Assembly (NCBI GenBank): GCA_963663225.1
Contig: OY760142.1
Location: 3,168,001 to 3,232,000 of the forward strand
Direction: 5' to 3'
Source of the DNA: Nitrospirota bacterium
GTDB taxonomy: Bacteria; Nitrospirota; UBA9217
Length of the DNA stretch: 64,000 nt
A model generated the notes under the pieces. It searched no databases. It was given only the letters and a program-made list of their open reading frames with translations, and had not been told where the DNA came from. Positions 10,905 through 19,777 of the stretch are shown here, one piece after another. Position 1 is the first letter of the stretch. The number at the start of each line of letters is the position of its first letter. The position numbers and the translations under genes were made by a program.

Positions 10905-13136
10905 ATGACATCTGGACACAGCAAAATCATTGCACATGAGCTATCACTCACGGAAAAACAGGTGCTCACCTGTGCCGCCCTGCTCGATGAAGGCGCTACC
11001 GTGCCGTTTATTTCCCGCTACCGCAAGGAAGCAACCGGTTCTCTCGACGAAGTGGCGGTCACCGCAATACGCGACCGGCTGGCGCAGCTCCGTGAACTGG
11101 ACAAGCGCAGGGACGCGATTCTGAAATCCCTTGAAGAGTCAGGCAAACTTACCGGGGATCTTAAAGACAGAATTTCAACCGCAGAGACCATGACTGCACT
11201 GGAGGACATGTATCTGCCCTTTCGCCCGAAGCGCCGCACAAAAGCGGCAGTTGCCCGAGAGAAGGGACTTGAACCTCTGGCACAGCGCTTGTTTTTGCAG
11301 GAAGACAGGACTGATCCCGCGGCTGAGGCCGCTGCGTTTGTAAATCCGGAGCAAGGCATCGAATCACCGGACGATGCGCTCGCAGGTGCGCGAGACATCA
11401 TCGCAGAATGGATAAGTGAAGACGCTACGGCACGCGCAAAAATGCGCGACTTATACGTTGCAAAAGGCCGGTTTAAGACAAAAATAGTATCCGGCAAAGA
11501 AGAGGAAGGAATCAAATACAAGGATTACTTTGACTGGGAAGAGCCGGTACATGACGCCCCTTCGCACCGCATTTTGGCCATGAGGCGGGGCGAGAATGAA
11601 GGCTTTCTTATCTTACGAGCAATGCCGCCGGAAGAGGACGCTTTGTGCATTCTGGACGCTCTTTTTGTAAAGAACGAAGGACCCGCTTCGCGTCAGGTCG
11701 CGACGGCCCTCCGTGACGGTTACAAGCGCCTGCTCTCCCTGTCCATTGAGACGGAAATCCGCCTTTCTGCCAAGGAACAGGCTGATTCTGGAGCAATCCG
11801 GGTCTTTGCGCAAAATCTTAAGCAACTTCTGCTGGCCGCCCCGCTCGGCAGGAAAAACATTCTTGCCATAGATCCCGGTTTTCGCACCGGCTGCAAAGTG
11901 GCGTGCATCGACCGTCAGGGAAAACTGCTGCATCACGACACGATCTATCCGCTTTTTTCAGAAAAAAACTCAGCCGAAGCCGGAGCGATCATCCGGGACC
12001 TCTGCAAACAATTCCAGGTAGAAGCTATCGCTATCGGAAACGGAACCGCGGGAAGAGAAACGGAGGCCTTTGTCAAAAAACTCGGCCTGCCTGCGGCGAT
12101 CCAGATCGTAACGGTGAATGAAAGCGGCGCATCGATCTATTCTGCATCGGAAACCGCCAGGGAGGAATTTCCCGATCAGGATTTGACCGTACGGGGGGCG
12201 GTTTCCATCGGCCGGAGGCTGATGGATCCTCTCGCCGAGCTTGTTAAAATCGACCCCAAGTCAATCGGAGTCGGTCAATATCAGCATGATGTTGACCAGG
12301 CAGCCTTAAAACACAGCCTCGATGATGTGGTTGCTCACTGCGTCAATGCCGTCGGCGTTGAAGTGAACACCGCGAGCAAGCAACTGCTCATGTATGTTTC
12401 CGGCCTGGGTCCGCAATTGGCCGGAAACATTGTTGAATACCGCAATCAGCACGGGCCTTTTCGCTCACGCATGGAATTGAAAAATGTGCCTAAGCTCGGC
12501 CCAAAAACCTTCGAGCAGGCCGCAGGCTTTTTAAGAATCCATGGAGGAGAAGATCCGCTCGATGCGAGTGCGGTACATCCCGAAAGCTACCATGTAGTAT
12601 CTGCCATGGCCGGCGATCTGAAGTGCACAATCCAAGACCTGATGCAGAATAGCGACCTGAGGGGAAGAATAAATCTGAACAGATATATCAGCGACGCAAC
12701 CGGCCTCCCGACACTGCAGGACATCATGAGTGAGCTGGCAAAACCCGGCCGGGACCCCCGTGACACGTTCGAAGCATTCAGTTTTACCGAAGGCATCGAG
12801 AAGATTGAAGACCTGAAACCGGGCATGAAGCTGCCGGGAGTAGTGACGAACGTGACGGCATTCGGCGCCTTTATCGACATCGGCGTCCATCAGGACGGCC
12901 TTGCCCATCTCAGCCAGTTGTCGGACCGGTTCATAAAAAATCCCGGTGAAGCTGTGACTGTGCACCAGAAAGTGATGGCCACGGTGCTTGACGTTGATGT
13001 GCAGCGGAAACGGATATCGCTTTCTCTCAAAAGAAATCCTCACCAGCCGGGCAGTCAAAAAAAAGAACCAAAGCAGCAAGAGAGACAGGTTAATTATCGT
13101 GCATTACAGCAGGCGTTTATGAAGACCCGCACCTAG
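10905..13136 (+). CDS. tex: Tex RNA-binding transcriptional accessory protein
   Basis: EGATVPFISRYRKEATG, IDPGFRTGCK, VNESGASIYSAS, GVGQYQHD, C-terminal S1 domain. Confidence 0.95.
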   Translation: MTSGHSKIIAHELSLTEKQVLTCAALLDEGATVPFISRYRKEATGSLDEVAVTAIRDRLAQLRELDKRRDAILKSLEESGKLTGDLKDRISTAETMTALEDMYLPFRPKRRTKAAVAREKGLEPLAQRLFLQEDRTDPAAEAAAFVNPEQGIESPDDALAGARDIIAEWISEDATARAKMRDLYVAKGRFKTKIVSGKEEEGIKYKDYFDWEEPVHDAPSHRILAMRRGENEGFLILRAMPPEEDALCILDALFVKNEGPASRQVATALRDGYKRLLSLSIETEIRLSAKEQADSGAIRVFAQNLKQLLLAAPLGRKNILAIDPGFRTGCKVACIDRQGKLLHHDTIYPLFSEKNSAEAGAIIRDLCKQFQVEAIAIGNGTAGRETEAFVKKLGLPAAIQIVTVNESGASIYSASETAREEFPDQDLTVRGAVSIGRRLMDPLAELVKIDPKSIGVGQYQHDVDQAALKHSLDDVVAHCVNAVGVEVNTASKQLLMYVSGLGPQLAGNIVEYRNQHGPFRSRMELKNVPKLGPKTFEQAAGFLRIHGGEDPLDASAVHPESYHVVSAMAGDLKCTIQDLMQNSDLRGRINLNRYISDATGLPTLQDIMSELAKPGRDPRDTFEAFSFTEGIEKIEDLKPGMKLPGVVTNVTAFGAFIDIGVHQDGLAHLSQLSDRFIKNPGEAVTVHQKVMATVLDVDVQRKRISLSLKRNPHQPGSQKKEPKQQERQVNYRALQQAFMKTRT

Positions 13137-13165
13137 ATGATTTGAACAACTGCGGCAGAATAACC

Positions 13166-14047
13166 ATGAAAAAAACAAATTATTTTTTCCGAATGTTCGC
13201 ATTGTTGTTCTCTCTCCTGATGGTACAGTCAACGGGAGAGATTCGCATTGCCCTTGCTCAGCAAAAGAATGCGAAAAACGAACGTCTCCCGGTGGAGATA
13301 TCCTGGAACCCCATCGCCGCCGGAGTTGAATATGCTGCACAGAGGATCATGGACAGCCCTGCCGCCGGCGACGGGGTCCTGCACATCGTACGAATTGATC
13401 CTGCGAAGGCAAAACTTCGCTCACTCATGGCATCCGCCATAGACAAGCAGCCCCGCACGGCACAAACCTGGTGCACCTCATTCGGTTTGGCCGCCGTGAT
13501 CAATGCCGGCATGTATGATCTGGACCACCTCACCCACGTCGGGTACATGAAGAATGAAAAGCATATTAACAACCGGCGATGGTCGAAGCAGTACAACAGC
13601 GTTTTTGTATTTAATCCGCTGAAAGCCGATCTTCCTCAAGCGCAGATTATTGACCTTGCCGAAAACCGTCCCCCGGTTCTCGAAAGCTACGGAACGGTAA
13701 TCCAAAATCTTCGTCTGATTAAAGGAACGGGAATCAATGCCTGGAAGGAACAACCCAAAAAATGGAGCGAATCAGCGCTTGCCATAGACAACCGGGGCAG
13801 AGTGCTTTTTCTGTTCATCCGGTCCCCTCTTTCAATGCACGAGTTCAATGAAAAAATACTGCAATTGGCGCTCAATATCAGCCGCGCAATGCATCTTGAA
13901 GGCGGACCGGTGTCGAGCCTTTCAATATGCACCCCTGAAAAACAGATCCATTTATCCGGAGCCCTGGAAATGGGACCAATAGATGATGGCGGAAAATACG
14001 GACAATGGCCCTTGCCGAACATAATAGGAGTCGTTGCTGGTCAATAA
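13166..14047 (+). CDS. Exported phosphodiester glycosidase (NAGPA-like) family protein
   Basis: Signal peptide, AVINAGMY, SALAID...LF, AMHLEGGPVS motifs. Confidence 0.7.
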   Translation: MKKTNYFFRMFALLFSLLMVQSTGEIRIALAQQKNAKNERLPVEISWNPIAAGVEYAAQRIMDSPAAGDGVLHIVRIDPAKAKLRSLMASAIDKQPRTAQTWCTSFGLAAVINAGMYDLDHLTHVGYMKNEKHINNRRWSKQYNSVFVFNPLKADLPQAQIIDLAENRPPVLESYGTVIQNLRLIKGTGINAWKEQPKKWSESALAIDNRGRVLFLFIRSPLSMHEFNEKILQLALNISRAMHLEGGPVSSLSICTPEKQIHLSGALEMGPIDDGGKYGQWPLPNIIGVVAGQ

Positions 14048-14058
14048 GGAGAAATATT

Positions 14059-14346
14059 ATGGATGCTCCAGGTAGCAAAGAAAAAATGCTGAACCTCTCA
14101 CAGTATGAACACGGCATCCTGAGCCAGCTGCGATTGTTTCAAATCGCCGGATTGTGCGCCGCCGCCTTCGGCTTGCTGGGCATCCTCGCGGGCCTTTACA
14201 GCGTTTTTTTCCGGACGATGGCTCCTGTCGAGGCTATCATAGTAAAAGTCCTGATTCTCAATTCTTGCGGCATAATCATATTCAGCCTGCTTTTTTATAT
14301 CATGTCCCGTTTTGTTGAGAAGTTCAAAAATTTTTTAAACCTTTAA
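14059..14346 (+). CDS. Small two-TM membrane protein
   Basis: AAGGAGA RBS before ATG 14059; two hydrophobic segments. Confidence 0.6.
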   Translation: MDAPGSKEKMLNLSQYEHGILSQLRLFQIAGLCAAAFGLLGILAGLYSVFFRTMAPVEAIIVKVLILNSCGIIIFSLLFYIMSRFVEKFKNFLNL

Positions 14347-14414
14347 TTTAGATTATTCACCTGTTGAAAGCTTTTTTCATTTAAGCGATATGATGTTTGA
14401 TGACGGAGGCAATA

Positions 14415-15878
14415 ATGCGTTTTAAACTGATCGTTCTGGGAGTAATTCTTTTATTGTCAGGGTGTTTTCATACGGTTAAAACAGGCGAGATAGCCCTCAA
14501 CCTTCAATCGGGTTCCGACCTTACGCTTGGCTTGTCGAAAAAGGATATTTCTGTTGCAGACACAAAATACAATTTTCATTCCCCTTTATTCATAAGCAAT
14601 TTACTCCTGGACACCCTGATGGCGGAATCAAACGGCCGGGTGGTGCCACCTGTAAATCAGCCGCTTTCGCTGTCGATTACCTACGACTTTCAACCTGAAT
14701 TTCAGCCTAACATTTTTATCGGAGTTACTTCACTCTTCATCCCCATACTCGGATTTATCCCCGAGTCAAATGAAGAGCGGTATCGCGTGGAATATGCCGT
14801 CAAGGACCCGCAGGGCACTGTAGTGTATCAGCGCTCCCTGGAAAACACAGTCGAGGGGAGCATAAAAGGATGGTATGTCGGGAGAATCGGCGCAGCTACC
14901 AATTTAAAGAAAGCCGAAGCTCTACTGGCGGCAAAAAACGCAGCGCGACTGGTTTTAAAAGACCTTGATGAACATTCAGGGAAAATCCTTGCCGCCGTTC
15001 GATCAGCCCGCATCCCCTCCACCGCATCCGGCAGACATTTTAATACAACTGCCGCACAGGACATTATTCGTAGCACTCCGCAAGAATCTCTTCCTTCTGC
15101 TGCCGCTGTCAGCTCTGATGTGGATGAATTGCCTTCAAAAAAAGCAAAGGCCAAAAATGCCTACGCCATCGTAATCGGCATTGAAACATATCGCCAGAAA
15201 CTGCCTCCCGCGGATTTTGCCGTTCGCGACGCCTCCACCATTACGGAGTATCTGACGAAAGTCCTCGGATATCCTGAAGAGAATGTCATAACGCTTCTGA
15301 ATGACAGAGCATTGCAAAGCGACCTTGCAAAATATTTTGAAAAATGGCTCCCGAACAATGTTGAGCAAGGCAATACCGTCTTTGTGTACTACTCAGGCCA
15401 CGGCGCTCCCAATCCGAAAACGGGAGACGCCTATCTTGTTCCGTATGATGGTGATCCGACATTTATTACCGAGACTGGATATTCATTGAAAAGAATGTAT
15501 GATGCTCTCGGAAAACTGCCGGCCAAGGAAATTATCATTGCTCTGGACTCCTGCTTTTCCGGTGCGGGCGGCAGATCGGTCATCGCCAAAGGTTCACGTC
15601 CCCTTGTCGTTAATCTTCAGACCAACATTGTCCTATCCAAAAACATGACGGTTTTATCCGCGTCCTCAGATGACCAAACAAGTTCTGCTTACGCTGAAAA
15701 AGGACATGGTTTGTTCACCTATTTCCTGCTCAAAGCAATCAAAAATGAAGATGTTGTGCGGAAAGATGGATCGCTCAAGATTGAGGATTTATATGATTAT
15801 CTCAAACCGCAGGTGGAGCGCGTCGCCAGAAAACAATACAACAATGAGCAAATGCCCCAGTTAATATACCCGAAGTGA
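14415..15878 (+). CDS. Lipoprotein with C-terminal caspase-family (peptidase C14, orthocaspase) domain
   Basis: GGAGG RBS, lipobox LLSGC, YAIVIGIETY, YYSGHG (His) and LDSCFSG (Cys) dyad, HGLFTYFLL. Confidence 0.9.
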   Translation: MRFKLIVLGVILLLSGCFHTVKTGEIALNLQSGSDLTLGLSKKDISVADTKYNFHSPLFISNLLLDTLMAESNGRVVPPVNQPLSLSITYDFQPEFQPNIFIGVTSLFIPILGFIPESNEERYRVEYAVKDPQGTVVYQRSLENTVEGSIKGWYVGRIGAATNLKKAEALLAAKNAARLVLKDLDEHSGKILAAVRSARIPSTASGRHFNTTAAQDIIRSTPQESLPSAAAVSSDVDELPSKKAKAKNAYAIVIGIETYRQKLPPADFAVRDASTITEYLTKVLGYPEENVITLLNDRALQSDLAKYFEKWLPNNVEQGNTVFVYYSGHGAPNPKTGDAYLVPYDGDPTFITETGYSLKRMYDALGKLPAKEIIIALDSCFSGAGGRSVIAKGSRPLVVNLQTNIVLSKNMTVLSASSDDQTSSAYAEKGHGLFTYFLLKAIKNEDVVRKDGSLKIEDLYDYLKPQVERVARKQYNNEQMPQLIYPK

Positions 15879-17203
15879 TAGAAAACGGAACGCAAAAGAT
15901 GAAGACAAAATATATCAGTTTGCTTCTTTTTGCCGCAATAGTAACACTGACTACCGCCTGCGCTACCGTACCGCTGGCGCAGCAGGAATTGGATATCAGG
16001 GCAAAGAATATGACACCGCCGTCTAACAAGGCGCTGCTCTACGTTTACCGAAATGCCATATTTGTCGGTTCCGCTGTCGCCATGGATATCTATATTGATG
16101 GCAATTCCGTCGGCCAACTAGCGGAAAAGACTTACTTGGTAGTTGTGCTGGAGCCGGGTAAACACAAACTTTCCCAATATCGCGATGAATCAATCAGGGC
16201 AACAAATTACCATCCCCTTAATGTTAAGGCCGGCAATAAGTACTATGTAAGAGTCTCTGCAGCAGTTCCACCGAAGGAAACGCTGGTACTCGGCGGCCTC
16301 GAGAAAACCGATTTTTTAGCCGGTTACAGTCTGATTAATGAAAGTGAAGAACCGCTCCAGATAGTTTCAGGAAAGATCAAAGATCGGGATGTTCCTTCTT
16401 CTACTTCTACATCGTCGCTGCTTGCTCAAGCGTCAGCATCCGATATCGATGAACTCCCGCCGATAAAAACAGCTCAAAACAGAAATGCCTATGCCATAAT
16501 TATCGGAATCGAACACTATCGTCAGAAGCTTCCCCGAGCGGACTTTGCCGTTGCTGACGCAAATACTGTTGCGGCCTACCTTACCAAAGTGCTTGGCTAT
16601 CCGGAAGAAAATGTTGTGACACTTCTAAATGACAGGGCACTGCAAAGCGACTTGACAAAGTACTTTGAAAAATGGCTCCAGAACAACGCTGAAAAAGGAA
16701 GCACAGTTTTTATCTATTATTCAGGCCATGGTGCGCCAAGTATCAAATCTGGCGATGCCTTTTTAGTGCCGTATGATGGCGATCCCTCGTTCATTGAGCA
16801 AACCGGATACTCGCTGAAACGTCTTTACAAAAACTTGAGCACGTTGCCAGCAAAAGAGATTATTGTTGCCCTGGATTCCTGCTTTTCCGGTGCAGGCGGT
16901 AGGTCGGTCATCGCCAAAGGTTCGCGTCCCCTTGTCATGAATCTTCAAACCAACGTTGTACTGCCCAAAAATACGACAGTGCTTTCCGCATCATCCGGTG
17001 ATCAGACAAGCTCTGCGTACGAAGAAAAGGGACATGGACTATTCACGTATTTCATGCTTAAAGGAATTAAGACTGAAAACATCGTTGCTCAGGACGGCTC
17101 CATAAAAATAAGCGATCTGTTTCACTACATCAAACCCAATGTAGAGCGCATCGCAAGGAAGCACTATAATACGGAGCAGACACCACAACTGATCAGCCAG
17201 TAA
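15114..17203 (+). repeat. Diverged direct duplication of the caspase module: 15114-15878 and 16439-17203 (765 nt each)
   Basis: Both copies start at SD(V/I)DELP; shared DNA stretches such as tcctgcttttccggtgc and tcggtcatcgccaaaggttc. Confidence 0.9.
15875..17203 (+). CDS. Lipoprotein with DUF2846-like N-domain and C-terminal caspase-family domain
   Basis: GTGA overlap with previous stop (alternative ATG 15899), lipobox-like TTAC, PPSNKALLYVYR...LEPGKH...AGNKYYV, YYSGHG and LDSCFSG. Confidence 0.9.
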   Translation: MIENGTQKMKTKYISLLLFAAIVTLTTACATVPLAQQELDIRAKNMTPPSNKALLYVYRNAIFVGSAVAMDIYIDGNSVGQLAEKTYLVVVLEPGKHKLSQYRDESIRATNYHPLNVKAGNKYYVRVSAAVPPKETLVLGGLEKTDFLAGYSLINESEEPLQIVSGKIKDRDVPSSTSTSSLLAQASASDIDELPPIKTAQNRNAYAIIIGIEHYRQKLPRADFAVADANTVAAYLTKVLGYPEENVVTLLNDRALQSDLTKYFEKWLQNNAEKGSTVFIYYSGHGAPSIKSGDAFLVPYDGDPSFIEQTGYSLKRLYKNLSTLPAKEIIVALDSCFSGAGGRSVIAKGSRPLVMNLQTNVVLPKNTTVLSASSGDQTSSAYEEKGHGLFTYFMLKGIKTENIVAQDGSIKISDLFHYIKPNVERIARKHYNTEQTPQLISQ

Positions 17204-17219
17204 AAAAATAGGAGTTTGG

Positions 17220-18038
17220 ATGAAAAAAATATTTTTCTTATGCTGTATCATGCTTATAATCCCCCTAACCGGTCTTGCGACGGAAAAACCGGTCTGGGTC
17301 GAGGCAACGGGAGAATCTCAGCTCGGTGATACAGATACTCTGAAAGAAGTGAAGGACAGAGCAAAACGCGATGCCCAGAGCAAGGCGGTCGAAAAAGCGG
17401 TCGGTACCTTCATCAAGTCACACACGCTGGTCTCAAACTTTCAACTTGCCGATGATCTGATTTATGCGGCTGTTCGCGGAAAAATTGAAAAATCAGAAAC
17501 TCTGCAGGAAGGCTGGGATGAAAAGGATCGCAACCTATACCGCGTCAGGATCAAAGCCCTCGTTGATCCTGTTTATCCGGGAAAAGATCATGGCTTTTCT
17601 CTGAAAATCGCAATGTCCAAAAACATACTAAAAGAAGATGAAGAGGTCAGAATATTCTACCAATCCAGCAGAGAGTGCTACGTTTACATTTTTTCAATCG
17701 CTGCGGATGGATCCGTAACCGTGCTTTTCCCCAATTCTGTGAACAAAGACAATCATCTTCTGCTTGATAAAGCCTATGAATTTCCGCCTGCCGGCAGTCC
17801 TCTCAAATTAAAAGCCAGCTTCCTGCCTGATTTTAAAGGAAAAACAGCGGAAGAGCGGATTAAAATCATTGCCACGGCCAGAGAGGAGGCCATTGTTCCT
17901 CTGGGATTTCAGGAGGGTATGTTCAAAATGTATGATGCAAAATCAACGGGCATGATCAGCGATCTGGCCAGAAAACTGAACCAGATTGATCCCGCGGAGT
18001 GGACGGAAGCAACGGCAACTTACAAAATTGTGCGATAA
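17220..18038 (+). CDS. Secreted protein with FlgT-N/LPP20-like domain and DUF4384-like domain
   Basis: Signal peptide; VEATGE...AKRDAQSKAVEKAVG; CYVYIFSIAADGSVTVLFPN...YEFP...ERIKIIAT. Confidence 0.75.
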   Translation: MKKIFFLCCIMLIIPLTGLATEKPVWVEATGESQLGDTDTLKEVKDRAKRDAQSKAVEKAVGTFIKSHTLVSNFQLADDLIYAAVRGKIEKSETLQEGWDEKDRNLYRVRIKALVDPVYPGKDHGFSLKIAMSKNILKEDEEVRIFYQSSRECYVYIFSIAADGSVTVLFPNSVNKDNHLLLDKAYEFPPAGSPLKLKASFLPDFKGKTAEERIKIIATAREEAIVPLGFQEGMFKMYDAKSTGMISDLARKLNQIDPAEWTEATATYKIVR

Positions 18039-18042
18039 CACA

Positions 18043-19467
18043 TCAACCGCTTTCCGGTTTTACCATGATAGATTTTCTTTCCCTCAACGTCACCAGGCCG
18101 GGTTTGGCCCCCTTCGGCTTTTTAACAAACCGCGCGCGCGTATAGGCAACTGACACCTTTCCTGCGAGTTTGCCTTTGCTGTAGTATGCCGCCAAAGCAG
18201 CCGCTTTTACCAGTACCTCCACTGGAATCTCTGCATTGTTCGGATTTTTGACCAGGACATGTGATCCTGGCATTCCTTCGGCATGGAGCCAGAGGTCATC
18301 GGCATGAGCAAGCTTTGTCGTAATGTAATCATTGCCAAGCGCACCTTTTCCCACGCAAATTTCCCAGCCATGAAAGGTGAAAGTCCTGAATCCCGGGGTC
18401 AGCGGCTCAGAATATTTTTTCTCTTTATTATTTTCTTTGATATATCCTTCGGCAACAAGCATTGAACGGATGGAAGCGAGATCGCTGCGGGTGTGTGCTT
18501 TATCAATATCTCTGTGCAAAGTTTTCAGAAATGCCGTTTCCTCTTCCGCAGAACGCAACCGCTGTTGAATAATAGCCAGTCCTGCTTTAGCTTTTTTATA
18601 TTTTTTAAAATATCTGTCTGCATTCCGGCTGGGTGAAAGCCTTGGATCGAGCGGGATGGCCTCGATTTTCCCTTCGTAATCCGAAAGCTGGGCAAGTTCC
18701 ATTCCCGGTTTCAGCCGATCTATATTGGCAAGGATCACCATACCCGCCTTTTTATACTCTTCTGCACGGTCTGCAGAAGTTAAATCGTTAGAAAGCGCTG
18801 CGAGTCTGCGTTCTGTCTTTAATAGCGTGCGGCGGATTAACGAAACCAGCATAGTTCGCAGTGACGTAAATTCACGCTGTTCGATGACCTGCTGATAATA
18901 AAGCTCCGCCTCTTTGCTCGGAGAACCAACGCTCTCTTCTTGTCGGATTGTTGCATCCTGGGCAGCATGATCAACAGACGGCGGTGCTTTTTTCGATGGG
19001 GGAACATATTGTATTCCCGGCAGCATCGGTCTTGCGGTATCAGAAGAAAAAGGTCTCGGGTAGTATACAGCCAGGATGGTTGCGGATGAATCGGTGAGAA
19101 TGATATTGGGAAACGTTCCGATAAGTTCAAACACCAGCCGGTACCCCGTCCCCGCTTTTTCAAAGAGAAATTCTGCTACTCTGTCCCGGTTCAGCAGGCC
19201 AAGACCTGCGAGTCGAGCACCGGTCAGATGGCTTCGAAGGTACAGTGTTAAAGAATGTGTTACAGGAACCGATACCGGTTTTGCGGTCACCAGATGCAAT
19301 CGGGGCAGTAACCGGTCAGGTGACAGTAAAAGGAAATAATTTTTCCTGTCCCGATGAAATGAAAAATATAGGCCGCCTTCAGCCCCCTGATAGACCCGCT
19401 CCAGCCGGCCGCCGGGGAGAAAAGCAGCAAGTTCATCTACGACGTGTGAGAGGAGTTCGAATTTCAT
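18043..19467 (-). CDS. NFACT / RqcH (FbpA-like) ribosome quality-control protein
   Basis: LVFELIG.FPNIIL, PSRNADRYFKKYKKAK coiled coil, VGKG..GND, DLWLHAEGMPGSHV, AAYYSK, KKPKGAKPG. Confidence 0.9.
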   Translation of the reverse strand: MKFELLSHVVDELAAFLPGGRLERVYQGAEGGLYFSFHRDRKNYFLLLSPDRLLPRLHLVTAKPVSVPVTHSLTLYLRSHLTGARLAGLGLLNRDRVAEFLFEKAGTGYRLVFELIGTFPNIILTDSSATILAVYYPRPFSSDTARPMLPGIQYVPPSKKAPPSVDHAAQDATIRQEESVGSPSKEAELYYQQVIEQREFTSLRTMLVSLIRRTLLKTERRLAALSNDLTSADRAEEYKKAGMVILANIDRLKPGMELAQLSDYEGKIEAIPLDPRLSPSRNADRYFKKYKKAKAGLAIIQQRLRSAEEETAFLKTLHRDIDKAHTRSDLASIRSMLVAEGYIKENNKEKKYSEPLTPGFRTFTFHGWEICVGKGALGNDYITTKLAHADDLWLHAEGMPGSHVLVKNPNNAEIPVEVLVKAAALAAYYSKGKLAGKVSVAYTRARFVKKPKGAKPGLVTLRERKSIMVKPESG

Positions 19468-19512
19468 TGAATATTTGCTAAAAATTCATGGGACGTTTGT
19501 AAAAACGGTTGA

Positions 19513-19541
19513 AGCCTATCAGAAGCAGGACTGTATGTCAA
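19513..19541 (-). promoter_or_regulatory. sigma70-like promoter of the NFACT gene
   Basis: TTGACA-17 nt-TAGGCT on the minus strand. Confidence 0.55.
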
Positions 19542-19576
19542 CAGTTCAGCCGGCTGAAGACTCTGCTGAAAAAGTG

Positions 19577-19613
19577 AAAAGACCCCGTCTTATCAGCAAA
19601 GAAGGGGTCTTTT
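19577..19613. terminator. Bidirectional-type intrinsic terminator
   Basis: AAAAGACCCC...GGGGTCTTTT inverted repeat downstream of the porin gene. Confidence 0.7.
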
Positions 19614-19777
19614 AAGAATTCATATATCCTTTTCCGGAGTTCGACCGTTTTTGATTACGATACCCCCACTGATGTCTTGTGCTGCAGGACAATCATTCTG
19701 GGCAGCATCACACGTTCCAATAGCGTGATGCCGTTATCTGAATGCACAGTCAGCGCTGGCGTAACAGTCCGGGGAGT

